From Candidatus Poribacteria bacterium (lineage in GTDB: Bacteria > Poribacteria > WGA-4E > WGA-3G), in assembly GCA_965215265.1 (NCBI GenBank), contig OZ244048.1, positions 3,328,001 to 3,392,000 on the forward strand: DNA of 64,000 nucleotides, read 5' to 3'. Positions 50,370 through 60,434 of the stretch are shown piece by piece. Every line of letters starts with the position of its first letter. Within the stretch, counting starts at the first letter, position 1. The notes below the pieces were generated by a model. That model was not told where the DNA came from, did not search any database, and worked only from the letters and a program-made list of their open reading frames with translations. The position numbers were made by a program, and so were the translations under genes.

Positions 50370-51961
50370 GAACGACACAGCGTGCCAGTACCCCATATTT
50401 AAAATTCTGGAGCCCCGCTGTTAAAGTGGGAACGATGCTCGTCATTGCAGCTGTGTTACTTGTCCTACTTCTCATAAATGCTGAGAATTGGCCCTGGGCA
50501 ACTAGCGGTGATGAAATGGAATTTCGATTCAGTAGCGTGAATGGGCTTTATATAGGAGCAGGCGTGCACTTATCTGGAGTCCAGATCGGAAAAGTGACCG
50601 GCATCCAACTGCGGCCCGAAACGAATGATGTTGAAATTCGAGCTAGAGTCAGAAATGGATTTCAAATATTACGCCGAGGATGTGGCGCGAGAATTGCCAT
50701 GAATGGGTTTGTTGGTGAAATCTACATTGCATTAGACAACGGTCCAACGGACAATCTTCCGTTAAAACCGACAGACTTACCGATTATTGGAAGGAAGCCA
50801 GTCAACGCCTTAGAACTACTTGAACAAGCGAGCAGTGGGCTGGAGCAAACAATTGCGTTGATTGCCACAGCGAATCAACTTCTACAGACGAATCAGGAAG
50901 CCATCCAACTCGGTATTAAGGAGACACGGGAAGTTGTAGCACTGACTGGCAGAACGATTGAAAAGTTAAGCGTAGATTTTGAAGAAATGGCTAAAATATT
51001 GAATCAGTTGACAACTGAAACCGATACCCGTTTTCAGCATACACTCCTAAAGGCAAATCGACTCATCAGCCAATTGGAGACTGATTCATTGATGATGAGC
51101 AGCCAAATAGGTGATATTACGCGGGAATTGCTCAGGCTGCTTAATATGAATTCACCAAAACTGAATAGCATTTTAACGGAAGTGCAGGCGAGCACTGTCT
51201 TGTTTCGTGAGGTATCCCGGGAATTTCAGCGTAACATGAATACGTTAACATCCGATGTTTCTGCTCTTGTTGCCCAAGGGAGCCGTGCAGTTGAAATGGG
51301 CGAGGCAAACATTACCCCAATTTTAGAGAATCTGCAGGTCACGACTGAAGCGTTCATCATATTAGAGGAAAATATCAATCGGCTTTTAGTCGCCGTGCAA
51401 GAAGGCGAAGGAACGGTTGCACAACTGATTAACACGCCCGAACCGCTTGAGGATGCACGCCAGACTTTGAAAAATGTCAATGAAACAATGTCTTCAGTTA
51501 TGACACTTACGCAACGAACCGAACAGGAATTGAAAAATTTTGAACTTCCAAATATTGGCTGGGATTATGAACTCCGTTATTTAAGTCTTGATGAGCATCT
51601 CCATAATGAATTAGCGATTTTACTATCTCCACAGGCGAAAGCCTCCTATAGATTCGGGTTAGGTGTCCGGCAGGAAAGGATCGCTTATGAATTTCAGTAC
51701 GGGTACAATGTAACAGACTTTTTGCGGGCACGTGCTGGATTCATGCGTTCCAAGGTGGGAGTGGGTATTGAGCTGTGGTTTTTGGCACAGCGGCTAGGTG
51801 TCAGTGTGGAGGGAATTGGCTTGACAAGCAATTTCCCTGAATTGAACACAGAATTAACATTTCGTTTTTTGCGGCAGGGTGAGCTGCTATTCGGAGTGGA
51901 AAATTTGACAGGTAAGCGACGTTGGACCACCGGGTTTCGCTTCCTCGCTGGTGAGTGGTAA
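50366..51961 (+). CDS. mlaD: Long MCE/MlaD protein with helical stalk and beta-rich C-terminus
   Basis: TM anchor, F..VNGL..GAGV.LSGVQIGKV MCE motif, ~250-aa heptad region, ~135-aa amphipathic beta-strand tail. Confidence 0.88.
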   Translation: MRTTQRASTPYLKFWSPAVKVGTMLVIAAVLLVLLLINAENWPWATSGDEMEFRFSSVNGLYIGAGVHLSGVQIGKVTGIQLRPETNDVEIRARVRNGFQILRRGCGARIAMNGFVGEIYIALDNGPTDNLPLKPTDLPIIGRKPVNALELLEQASSGLEQTIALIATANQLLQTNQEAIQLGIKETREVVALTGRTIEKLSVDFEEMAKILNQLTTETDTRFQHTLLKANRLISQLETDSLMMSSQIGDITRELLRLLNMNSPKLNSILTEVQASTVLFREVSREFQRNMNTLTSDVSALVAQGSRAVEMGEANITPILENLQVTTEAFIILEENINRLLVAVQEGEGTVAQLINTPEPLEDARQTLKNVNETMSSVMTLTQRTEQELKNFELPNIGWDYELRYLSLDEHLHNELAILLSPQAKASYRFGLGVRQERIAYEFQYGYNVTDFLRARAGFMRSKVGVGIELWFLAQRLGVSVEGIGLTSNFPELNTELTFRFLRQGELLFGVENLTGKRRWTTGFRFLAGEW

Positions 51962-52077
51962 AATACTTAACATTGAACGGTATATAAAAAACCGGGTATC
52001 TATTGCAAGGTTAAAAAGTCTACAGACACCTGCATGCTAAATTCGCTTTATCACTTCTTAATTTAGAAGAGAATAAT

Positions 52078-53442
52078 ATGGCGCGAGAAAAACGAAAACT
52101 TGTCTGCCAAGAGTGTGGGTATACAACGCCACGAAGTTTGGGGCGTTGCCCGTCCTGCAAAAGCTGGCAGAGCTTCGCCGAAGAGGTGGAAGTTGCGACA
52201 CCCTCTGCCTCAATGCCCCGGGGAATTGTACGGCCATTTTCCAAACCTGAGCCGATTTCACAAATTACCGCGAACGACGTGGAACGGCACCTCACGGGGA
52301 TGTCAGAATTCGATCGGGTGCTTGGCGGGGGAATTGTTCCGGGTTCGGTGATACTTATCGGTGGCGACCCGGGAATCGGTAAGTCGACGTTGTTGCTCCA
52401 AGCTAGCGACGCATTGAGTCGAAATTATGGTATGGTGCTGTATGTCTCAGGAGAAGAATCGGTTGGTCAAACGAAGCTCCGCGCAAGTCGACTTGGAGTC
52501 GTTTCAGATCAGCTTTATGTACTGTGTGAAACCAATTTGGAACAAATTGAGAAGCATATTGAGGAGCTCAAGCCGAAAGTTGTTATTATTGATTCTATCC
52601 AAACGGTGTTTTTGCCAAGCATCCAGTCGGCTCCGGGAAGTGTTACTCAGATTCGTGAGTGCACCGGACTTCTAATTACCAGTGCGAAGGGACGGAATAT
52701 CCCTATTTTTCTGGTTGGGCATGTCACGAAGGAAGGGTTGCTGGCAGGGCCACGGATTTTGGAACACATGGTGGATACAGTCCTCTATTTTGAAGGGGAA
52801 CGACACCACGTTTACCGGGTATTACGTGCGATTAAAAATCGATTTGGCTCAACAAACGAAATTGGCATCTTTGAGATGCAGAGCAAAGGACTTGTAGACG
52901 TGCTCAATCCTTCAGAACTCTTCTTAAGTCATAGAGAGGAGGAGGTTTCAGGCTCTGTTGTTGTGTCAAGTATGGAGGGCACTCGGCCATTGTTGATGGA
53001 GGTACAGTCCTTAGTTGTGCCGACAAACTATGGGAACCCGCGTAACACCGCAACAGGGGTGGATAGGCACCGTGTTGCATTGCTGATTGCTGTTCTAAAT
53101 AAACGAATTGGGATTGACATTGGCGATTCTGATGTGTTTGTGAACATTACGGGCGGGCTGCGTGTCGATGAACCGGGCATTGACTTAGGGGTACTGATGG
53201 CAATTACCTCGAACCATCGCAATATTCCTATTAATAGCCGGACCGTTGTTATCGGTGAGGTTGGGCTCGGTGGAGAAATCCGTCCGGTGACTCACGTTGA
53301 AAAACGGCTCAGAGAAGCAGCGAAATTGGGTTTTGAACGTGTCATTTTCCCTGATTATAACCGAAAGGGATTAGATATAGATGAGAAAATTGAATTGGTA
53401 GGTGTGTGTGATGTGTATGACAGCCTGAGTGCTTTAATGTAG
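52078..53442 (+). CDS. radA: DNA repair protein RadA/Sms
   Basis: CQECG...CPSC, GGDPGIGKST, KNRFG. Confidence 0.97.
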   Translation: MAREKRKLVCQECGYTTPRSLGRCPSCKSWQSFAEEVEVATPSASMPRGIVRPFSKPEPISQITANDVERHLTGMSEFDRVLGGGIVPGSVILIGGDPGIGKSTLLLQASDALSRNYGMVLYVSGEESVGQTKLRASRLGVVSDQLYVLCETNLEQIEKHIEELKPKVVIIDSIQTVFLPSIQSAPGSVTQIRECTGLLITSAKGRNIPIFLVGHVTKEGLLAGPRILEHMVDTVLYFEGERHHVYRVLRAIKNRFGSTNEIGIFEMQSKGLVDVLNPSELFLSHREEEVSGSVVVSSMEGTRPLLMEVQSLVVPTNYGNPRNTATGVDRHRVALLIAVLNKRIGIDIGDSDVFVNITGGLRVDEPGIDLGVLMAITSNHRNIPINSRTVVIGEVGLGGEIRPVTHVEKRLREAAKLGFERVIFPDYNRKGLDIDEKIELVGVCDVYDSLSALM

Positions 53443-53554
53443 ATTCATGAACCGAGAAACCAAAAAACTCTAACGAGATGTGTACAGGTATCGGCATGTT
53501 AAACTGGCTTTAAATGAATTCTGGCACAAGACGTGTCCGGATTGCGAGGAAATT

Positions 53555-54604
53555 ATGAAAATTTGGGGGCTACGTTTCTTTTTTATTGCGACAAGCGTCT
53601 TAAGTTGCTACCTCGTCTATAAGAAGCCTTTTCCTGTACTTGTCGGTTTCGTCTGTGCACTTCTGCTTGTTGGTGCGGAGTTCTGCCTTCATATCCATCG
53701 GGTACGCAGTATTGCTGCCAGTCTAATAGGGCTCTTAGTCGGTTTGTTCATTGCATCTGTCTTCCTCTATATGTTGCCTACGCGGTTTATTGATAGTCTA
53801 AGGATAGCAATTCTATTAGGCGTAAGTTACTTCGGCATGCTGAGCGGTTACTATATTTCTGAAACCGGCTATTTAGGGAATCTAATGAAATCAAACGGAA
53901 AGGTTGAAACAGGCGAGAAAGTTTTGCCGGAGGTGGTAAGCACAGCAAAATCACAAAACGTTCCTACAATTTTGGACACAAGTGTTATTATTGATGGTAG
54001 GATTCTTGATATATCCAAAACAGGCTTTATTGACGGCCCGCTTATTATACCTAAATGTGTGCTGAATGAATTGCAACATATTGCTGATTCCACTGAAGTC
54101 CTCCGGCGAAATAAGGGGCGCCGCGGTTTTGATATTCTCCGTTCCCTTCAGAACAATCCTGGGATTGTTGTTGAGATAATAGATGAGCTCTTACCGCATC
54201 TACCTGAAGTGGATGCAAAACTGGTGCATCTGGCCCAAAAGCAGAACGCAAGAATTATCACAAACGATCTAAATCTGAACAAAGTCGCTGAATTGCAAGG
54301 GGTCAAGGTGTTAAATATTAACGAATTGGCAAATGCCGTACGCCCGGTTGTTATCGCAGGAGAGGTGATTCAGGTCCATCTGCTTAAAGAAGGCAAAGAA
54401 CCGAATCAAGGAGTGGGCTATTTGGATGATGGGACGATGGTTATCGTTGAAGATGGAAAGCCATATATCGGACAAACACTTGATGTTGTTGTCACACAGA
54501 TGTTACGAACAAATGCGGGACAGATGATTTTCACACGGAGAAAAGTCGATGAGATGGACACAACTGAACCGCAAAATATGCGTTCTTATTCCGGCAGCTG
54601 GTGA
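53555..54604 (+). CDS. PIN/TRAM domain membrane protein (YacL-like)
   Basis: N-terminal TMs, LDTSVIIDGR, TND.NLNKVA, GKE..QGVGYLDDGTM. Confidence 0.92.
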   Translation: MKIWGLRFFFIATSVLSCYLVYKKPFPVLVGFVCALLLVGAEFCLHIHRVRSIAASLIGLLVGLFIASVFLYMLPTRFIDSLRIAILLGVSYFGMLSGYYISETGYLGNLMKSNGKVETGEKVLPEVVSTAKSQNVPTILDTSVIIDGRILDISKTGFIDGPLIIPKCVLNELQHIADSTEVLRRNKGRRGFDILRSLQNNPGIVVEIIDELLPHLPEVDAKLVHLAQKQNARIITNDLNLNKVAELQGVKVLNINELANAVRPVVIAGEVIQVHLLKEGKEPNQGVGYLDDGTMVIVEDGKPYIGQTLDVVVTQMLRTNAGQMIFTRRKVDEMDTTEPQNMRSYSGSW

Positions 54605-55292
54605 AGGGACACGGCTAAAGGGTGATGTGAAGAAGCCTTATTTAAGGTTGGCACAGATGCCTATTTTGGCACATACGATTCAGAGATTTGATCAAAATAC
54701 TGCAGTAGATGGGATTTGGGTTATTGTCAATAAGGCGGATTTGGATAAATGTTACGATACTGTCATAGCACCCTATACATTTCAGAAGGTGCGAGAGTTG
54801 GTAGCAGGTGGTGCAACAAGGCAGATATCTGTCTATAACGGAATTCAGGCCTTGCCTGAAGATGTGGATTTTGTAATTGTCCATGATGGAGTCCGTCCTT
54901 TTGTGACAGACGAAATAATTTTTGAATGTCTTGAAACAGCAGCAGAATACGGGGCTGCTGTGGCTGCCGTCCCTGTCAAGGAGACGATTAAAGTCGCTAA
55001 CGAAGAATCCTTCATTGTTGGAACACCTGTGCGTGAAAAACTGTGGACGGTACAAACCCCGCAGGTGTTTCGAAAATCTCTGCTCGTTGAGGCCTATCAA
55101 GCGGCGCAAGCGCAGCAAATTATAGCAACCGATGATGCTTCACTCGTTGAACAGTTGGGCCACCCCGTTAAGTTGGTACCGGGTAGTTATTCCAACCTGA
55201 AGATAACAACACCGGAGGATTTATTCATTGCAGAAATTCTCGTGGAAAACCCTTTTTTCCTGGGTGGAGGCAATAAGGCAGCTCTGGTGTGA
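54549..55292 (+). CDS. ispD: 2-C-methyl-D-erythritol 4-phosphate cytidylyltransferase
   Basis: IPAAG.GTR, GGATRQ.SV, VHDGVRP, QTPQ, TDDA, NLKITT. Confidence 0.95.
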   Translation: MRWTQLNRKICVLIPAAGEGTRLKGDVKKPYLRLAQMPILAHTIQRFDQNTAVDGIWVIVNKADLDKCYDTVIAPYTFQKVRELVAGGATRQISVYNGIQALPEDVDFVIVHDGVRPFVTDEIIFECLETAAEYGAAVAAVPVKETIKVANEESFIVGTPVREKLWTVQTPQVFRKSLLVEAYQAAQAQQIIATDDASLVEQLGHPVKLVPGSYSNLKITTPEDLFIAEILVENPFFLGGGNKAALV

Positions 55293-55381
55293 GCGGTATA
55301 CCGTCTATAAAAATCCCGGTTTGCTCTCAGAGTATTGTCTTTAACAGCAAACACGAAAAATGTGAGGGACTAGACAAAAAA

Positions 55382-55861
55382 ATGCGAGTCGGTATCGGTT
55401 ATGACGTTCATCGACTAGTTGAAAACAGGAAATTAATCTTAGGCGGCGTTGAAATTCCATACCACTATGGCATGTTAGGACATTCTGATGCAGATGTATT
55501 GACACACGCAATTATAGATGCTATACTTGGTGCAGCAGCGATAGGGGATATTGGGACACACTTTCCAGATACTGATGCACGTTATGAAGGCATGGACAGC
55601 CTTATCTTTCTGCGTGACATTTCGGAAAAGGTTAAACACGAAGGATACAGAATTGAGAATATTGATAGCACGGTGATAGCACAACGTCCGAAGTTGGTGC
55701 CTTACATTCCACAAATGCGCATCACACTTGCGGAAATTCTTGAAATCCCCGTCGCCCAGATAAGTATCAAAGCTACAACCACTGAAGGATTAGGTATTGT
55801 GGGTGAAGGACAAGCCATTGTCGCCCAAGCTGTAGCATGCCTGCTACTACAAGGATGTTAA
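55382..55861 (+). CDS. ispF: 2-C-methyl-D-erythritol 2,4-cyclodiphosphate synthase
   Basis: MRVGIGYDVH, GHSDADV, GDIG.HFP, KATTTEGLG. Confidence 0.96.
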   Translation: MRVGIGYDVHRLVENRKLILGGVEIPYHYGMLGHSDADVLTHAIIDAILGAAAIGDIGTHFPDTDARYEGMDSLIFLRDISEKVKHEGYRIENIDSTVIAQRPKLVPYIPQMRITLAEILEIPVAQISIKATTTEGLGIVGEGQAIVAQAVACLLLQGC

Positions 55862-56044
55862 TAGAACAATTCGGATATACCGTAGCGGCCGGGGGCAATT
55901 TTAAAACTCCTAGGTCATCGATAACTAAGGCCACGCTTGGGTAGGGAAGGAATCCCGTTGATTCTGTTAACGCCAAGAGGTATTCAGCCCAAGCCTCTTT
56001 AAGCGAATTGGGATGCACAAAAACGGAGGTCCAGCCAACGAAAC

Positions 56045-57517
56045 ATGCGAATTAAAATCTATAACTCGCTTAGCAGACAACAGGAAGACTTTGTACCCTT
56101 AAACAGCGAGGAAGTGACGATTTACAGTTGCGGCCCAACGGTTTACGATTACATCCACATGGGCAATGCCCGCACTGCGTTAGTGACTGATATTATCCGA
56201 CGCTATCTTGCGTACCAGGGCTACAACGTCAAACTGGCTCAAAATTTAACCGATATTGATGATAAGATTATCAAGCGAGCTGCGGAACTCGGCATCAGTG
56301 AGAAGCAACTCGCGTATCAGAGCGGCGAAGCCTTCTTAGAGGATTCGCAAAGACTCGGTATACAACCTGCCGACGTGCATCCTAAAGCGACTGAACATAT
56401 TCCGGAGATGATAACCCTCATCCAGAAGTTAATTGACAAAGGTGCCGCCTATGTTATTGACGGGAGTGTTTACTACCGGGTGAATTGTTTCGCGGAGTAC
56501 GGTAAACTATCACGGCGCAAGCCTGAGGATTTGCTCGCTGGTGCGCGTGTTGAAGTTGATGAACGCAAGGAGGACCCGCGTGATTTTGATATGTGGAAAG
56601 CAGTGAAACCCGGTGAACCCGCCTGGGATAGTCCTTGGGGAAAGGGCAGACCCGGATGGCATATTGAATGTTCCGCCATGGCGATGAAACACCTCGGCGA
56701 AACTATTGACATTCATGTTGCTGGAGAAGATCTGTTGTTTCCACACAATGAAAATGAAATTGCGCAAAGCGAATTAGCAACAGGCGTGACTTTTGCTCGC
56801 TATTGGGTGCATGTCGCTTTTTTGAAAATTGATGGCAGACGGATGGGCAAATCGGAACATAATTTTATTCTCCTCCGAGATGCTTTGGATCGTTATCCTA
56901 CCGAAGTCATCCGCCACTTTTTAATCTCGGCACACTACCGGCATCCGCTTGATTACAACAAAGAGAGTTTGACAAAATCCGGAGGTGCGATACGGAGACT
57001 CAACAACTGTCTGGAAACTTTGAACGCTTATAGTGGGAAAAACGGCCATGCAACAATAGATACTGCGATAGAACCCAGTGCAGCGATGAGCGAACCTGAA
57101 ACTACCGTCCTCGCTGCGATACAGCAGATGAAAATCGATTTTAAGATGTCAATGGATGTTGACTTTAATACGGCACGTGCGCTCGGTGCCATCTTCACGC
57201 TCGTCGGTATAGTCAACAGATATCTCACGACGCTTAAAACGGAGACGGATACCACTGCGGTGCTTCTTGTACAAGCACACAATGCACTGATAGAGATGTG
57301 TGGTGTCCTTGGTATCTATAACGCACAAGGCACCGGTGTTCACAGCGACAGCGCGGATACCCTAAACCAACTTATTACCTTATTGTTAGATATTAGACAG
57401 GATGCAAGACAAAGCAAGGATTGGGAAACGTCGGACAAAATCCGCGACAGGCTAAAGGAACTTAATATTGATATCCAGGATACTCGCCAAGGTACTACCT
57501 GGAAATTTATATCGTAA
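56045..57517 (+). CDS. cysS: Cysteine--tRNA ligase
   Basis: CGPTVY..IHMGNAR, TDIDDKII, GRPGWHIECS, FPHNENE. Confidence 0.96.
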   Translation: MRIKIYNSLSRQQEDFVPLNSEEVTIYSCGPTVYDYIHMGNARTALVTDIIRRYLAYQGYNVKLAQNLTDIDDKIIKRAAELGISEKQLAYQSGEAFLEDSQRLGIQPADVHPKATEHIPEMITLIQKLIDKGAAYVIDGSVYYRVNCFAEYGKLSRRKPEDLLAGARVEVDERKEDPRDFDMWKAVKPGEPAWDSPWGKGRPGWHIECSAMAMKHLGETIDIHVAGEDLLFPHNENEIAQSELATGVTFARYWVHVAFLKIDGRRMGKSEHNFILLRDALDRYPTEVIRHFLISAHYRHPLDYNKESLTKSGGAIRRLNNCLETLNAYSGKNGHATIDTAIEPSAAMSEPETTVLAAIQQMKIDFKMSMDVDFNTARALGAIFTLVGIVNRYLTTLKTETDTTAVLLVQAHNALIEMCGVLGIYNAQGTGVHSDSADTLNQLITLLLDIRQDARQSKDWETSDKIRDRLKELNIDIQDTRQGTTWKFIS

Positions 57518-57567
57518 TATAAACTTGCAAGCGCGCGTCGAAGTGCGTAACTTTAGGAGATTAAAAA

Positions 57568-58209
57568 ATGATTTATCAACGTATTGGCTTTTTCTTTTTT
57601 TTCATCTGTTTCTCCGGAATGCTGATAGGCTGCAGTACGCTCTTCTCTGAACAAGAATGGAGTGAAAACTATGCCGTGATGGAGGGCGTGCGGTCTAGTA
57701 GTCCACAGATGATTGATGGTAAGTTGAACACTATCGGGGAGACAACGTTTCCGCAAGGTTCGCAAAACTTCTATGGCTCAAGTGCTTCCTCTGAAGTCGT
57801 GATTACGCTGCCAGAAAAAAAGATTATCCGCCGGATTGTGGTGCATTCGGATAATTTAACGGAGTTTGCCATCTATGCAGATAAAGGCACTCTCGTGACT
57901 GAAGCCGATTGGCAGCTGATTAAAGATATAAAGAGTGTAAAAAACAGACCCATCCAGATCTCTTTGCTTATACCTTTTCCAACTGAACGGCTTCGACTGA
58001 AAGTACTGGGAACCAAAGATGACGCGCTTTTGAACCGCCGACAACGGGCACGTTCTGGAGGAAGATTTTATGGAACCGGTAACCGTCGTGCACCAGGCAA
58101 AATTCGAGAAATTGAACTCTATGGCTACAAATCTACTGAACAGATGGGCGAGGAGAGAGCCTCCGATAAACGAGAAAAAGAACTTGATGATTTGTTGGAC
58201 TTAGAGTAA
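57568..58209 (+). CDS. Lipoprotein with discoidin/F5-8 type C-like beta-sandwich
   Basis: Lipobox LIGC; MIDG...T, IRRIVV, RLRLKV, IREIELYG pattern. Confidence 0.65.
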   Translation: MIYQRIGFFFFFICFSGMLIGCSTLFSEQEWSENYAVMEGVRSSSPQMIDGKLNTIGETTFPQGSQNFYGSSASSEVVITLPEKKIIRRIVVHSDNLTEFAIYADKGTLVTEADWQLIKDIKSVKNRPIQISLLIPFPTERLRLKVLGTKDDALLNRRQRARSGGRFYGTGNRRAPGKIREIELYGYKSTEQMGEERASDKREKELDDLLDLE

Positions 58210-58228
58210 CATGAACAAACATGATGCG

Positions 58229-58262
58229 AAGGCGGCTGATTGTCGAACGCTGCCTTTATTTA
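58229..58262 (+). terminator. Rho-independent terminator candidate
   Basis: AAGGCGGC...GCTGCCTT followed by TATTT. Confidence 0.5.
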
Positions 58263-58439
58263 CATATTAGAACTATCGGAAGCGGTAAGGCATCCTTGAT
58301 GTGAAGTACCACGCCCGAGCTCGCCAGAAATGTTTTGACCGGGACTACCCGGCCTAAAGTGTCTTAGACAAGATGGGCACGCGAAAGTTCACGCCAAAGG
58401 GGCACAAACGCTTTAATGAAGAAAAAAGGAGGTACATAC

Positions 58440-59027
58440 ATGCGTTTTGGATTACTAACGATAATCCTCTGTGGATTGGTTGGACTCTCCGGGTGTATTC
58501 TTTCATCCACCCCTTCCTACAATTGGAGTAAGAATATCGCTATTGATGCAACCAGCCAAGATACAAAGTTCCATGATGATAATATGTGGACGTTGGGAGA
58601 GACTGGCCCCATTCTCACAGCTGAGAGGGACGAAGCGTCCCAGAAGGAATCCGAGAAATTTACCGAAGCCCTGCTTGAATGGCGGCAACCACAAACTATT
58701 CAGCAAGTTGTCGTAAAAGCACCAGAGGGAGAATTGGAATTCTTTGAAATTCAGTACATGAATGAAGAAGGAAAATGGTTAACCGTGAAAAAGGTTCAGG
58801 ATAACTGGCGCGAAGTCTATAAATTTACCTTGAAGAACCCCGTTACGACAAGAAAATTCCGTTTAAAGGTGCCGCGGACTTGGGATTCACGACGCATCGG
58901 CGGTCAGAAACGTTCAACGCGCGGCGAAGGTGGTGCCCCAACCGCGAGTGAGTACAAGAAAATTCAGGAAATTGAACTCTACTATGCGCTCCCACCTGAA
59001 ACGACCGAAACCACAACAGCGGAGTAA
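58440..59027 (+). CDS. Lipoprotein, distant paralogue of the upstream gene
   Basis: Lipobox LSGC; WSKN.A, IQQVVV, KFRLKV, IQEIELY; AGGAGG RBS. Confidence 0.65.
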   Translation: MRFGLLTIILCGLVGLSGCILSSTPSYNWSKNIAIDATSQDTKFHDDNMWTLGETGPILTAERDEASQKESEKFTEALLEWRQPQTIQQVVVKAPEGELEFFEIQYMNEEGKWLTVKKVQDNWREVYKFTLKNPVTTRKFRLKVPRTWDSRRIGGQKRSTRGEGGAPTASEYKKIQEIELYYALPPETTETTTAE

Positions 59028-59136
59028 GTCAGATACGCGCGGAGAGGAATCGTGAAGACGCACGAAGTGGTGGTTAAGGTAGAACTCCTTTTTGATGCCT
59101 AATCAGAAGGGAATTCTACTATTTCAGAGGCTTAAG

Positions 59137-60396
59137 ATGCTATCTAATGAAACCATAAGCCTAATTCATTTAAATTTGATTCAAGGTGTCGGACTAAAAA
59201 CCGTTCAAACTCTGCGAAAAATCTTCGGGAGTGCAGAACAGGCACTGAAGGCAACACCGGCAGAACTACACAAGGTCGAGAGCCTCTCACCTACGGTACG
59301 CGACCTGCTCATTCGCAGACCGGTCGCGTACTCATTAGAAAAGGAACTTGAACTTATCCAATCCCATGGCTGTCAGCTTGTAACACTGTATGACGAAGTG
59401 TATCCGCCCCTATTAAGGCAGATTGCCGACCCGCCTCTAATCCTTTATATCAAAGGCGAACTGAAACCTGAAGATGCCCTAAGCATTGCTTTCGTCGGTT
59501 CCAGGCAAGCGAAGGATTATGGTAGACGGATCAGCTACCAATTCAGTTACCAACTCGCGAAACGTGGTGTAACCGTGATCAGTGGGTTTGCCAAAGGGGT
59601 TGATACCCTGGCGCATCGCGGTGCACTTGAAGCCGGCGGCAGAACCGTTGCTGTAATGGGAAACGGGCTCAGTCTTATCTATCCTGCCGTGAATACTGAA
59701 TTAGCAGAGCAGATCGAACAAGCCGGTGCGTTAATTTCCGAATTTCCGATGAGCATGGAACCGATCGGGCGAAATTTTCCCCGGCGCAACCGTATCATCA
59801 GCGGTTTAAGCCTCGGTACTGTTGTCGTAGAAGCATCAAATCGGAGCGGTGCGCTCATTACCGCACGACTCGCAGCGGAACAAGGCAGAGAGGTGTTCGC
59901 CGTGCCTGGGGAAATTTTCTCTGAACTCTCAACAGGCACACACAAACTCATTAATAGCGGGGCAACGCTTATCAATACTGTGGATGATTTGATCGAGGTC
60001 CTGCCAGCAGATGCATCTAAAATGTTGGGTGCTCATCCAGCATCCGGGCACCCGGTTACTGCTCTCGAAACTTCCGAGGGTAAAGGAACCACCGGATCAA
60101 CTCCTATGCCCGAGCCTTCACAGACAGATAACTCTCTGACGAGACGGGCACAGCCTGTTTCACAATCAACTCCGGAATCTGAAAAGTCGGAACCTGTTCC
60201 GGCAGCCCCTCCACCTGATTTAACCGGGGATGAAAAAACAGTCTTCGATGCGATTGAAACTCCTTCAGTGCACATTGACGTTATCGTCCGAAAGACGGAG
60301 CTGCCTATCGGCAAGGTATCTAGTGTTCTTTTGATGTTAGAGCTCAAGGGAATTGTTCAACAGTTGCCAGGCAAACAGTTCACCAAGGATATTTAG
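59137..60396 (+). CDS. dprA: DNA-processing protein DprA
   Basis: YP.LL..I.DPP, VGSR, SGFAKGVD, FPRRNRIISG, VVVEA..RSG; C-terminal winged helix. Confidence 0.95.
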   Translation: MLSNETISLIHLNLIQGVGLKTVQTLRKIFGSAEQALKATPAELHKVESLSPTVRDLLIRRPVAYSLEKELELIQSHGCQLVTLYDEVYPPLLRQIADPPLILYIKGELKPEDALSIAFVGSRQAKDYGRRISYQFSYQLAKRGVTVISGFAKGVDTLAHRGALEAGGRTVAVMGNGLSLIYPAVNTELAEQIEQAGALISEFPMSMEPIGRNFPRRNRIISGLSLGTVVVEASNRSGALITARLAAEQGREVFAVPGEIFSELSTGTHKLINSGATLINTVDDLIEVLPADASKMLGAHPASGHPVTALETSEGKGTTGSTPMPEPSQTDNSLTRRAQPVSQSTPESEKSEPVPAAPPPDLTGDEKTVFDAIETPSVHIDVIVRKTELPIGKVSSVLLMLELKGIVQQLPGKQFTKDI

Positions 60397-60434
60397 TTGA
60401 TTTACGTTCTATTTTGCTCAGAGAGTTAAAAACC

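Noticed and set aside
55862-56044. T-box or Cys leader peptide upstream of cysS
   Set aside because: No T-box consensus (GGTGGnACC) and the short ORF there has no Cys codons
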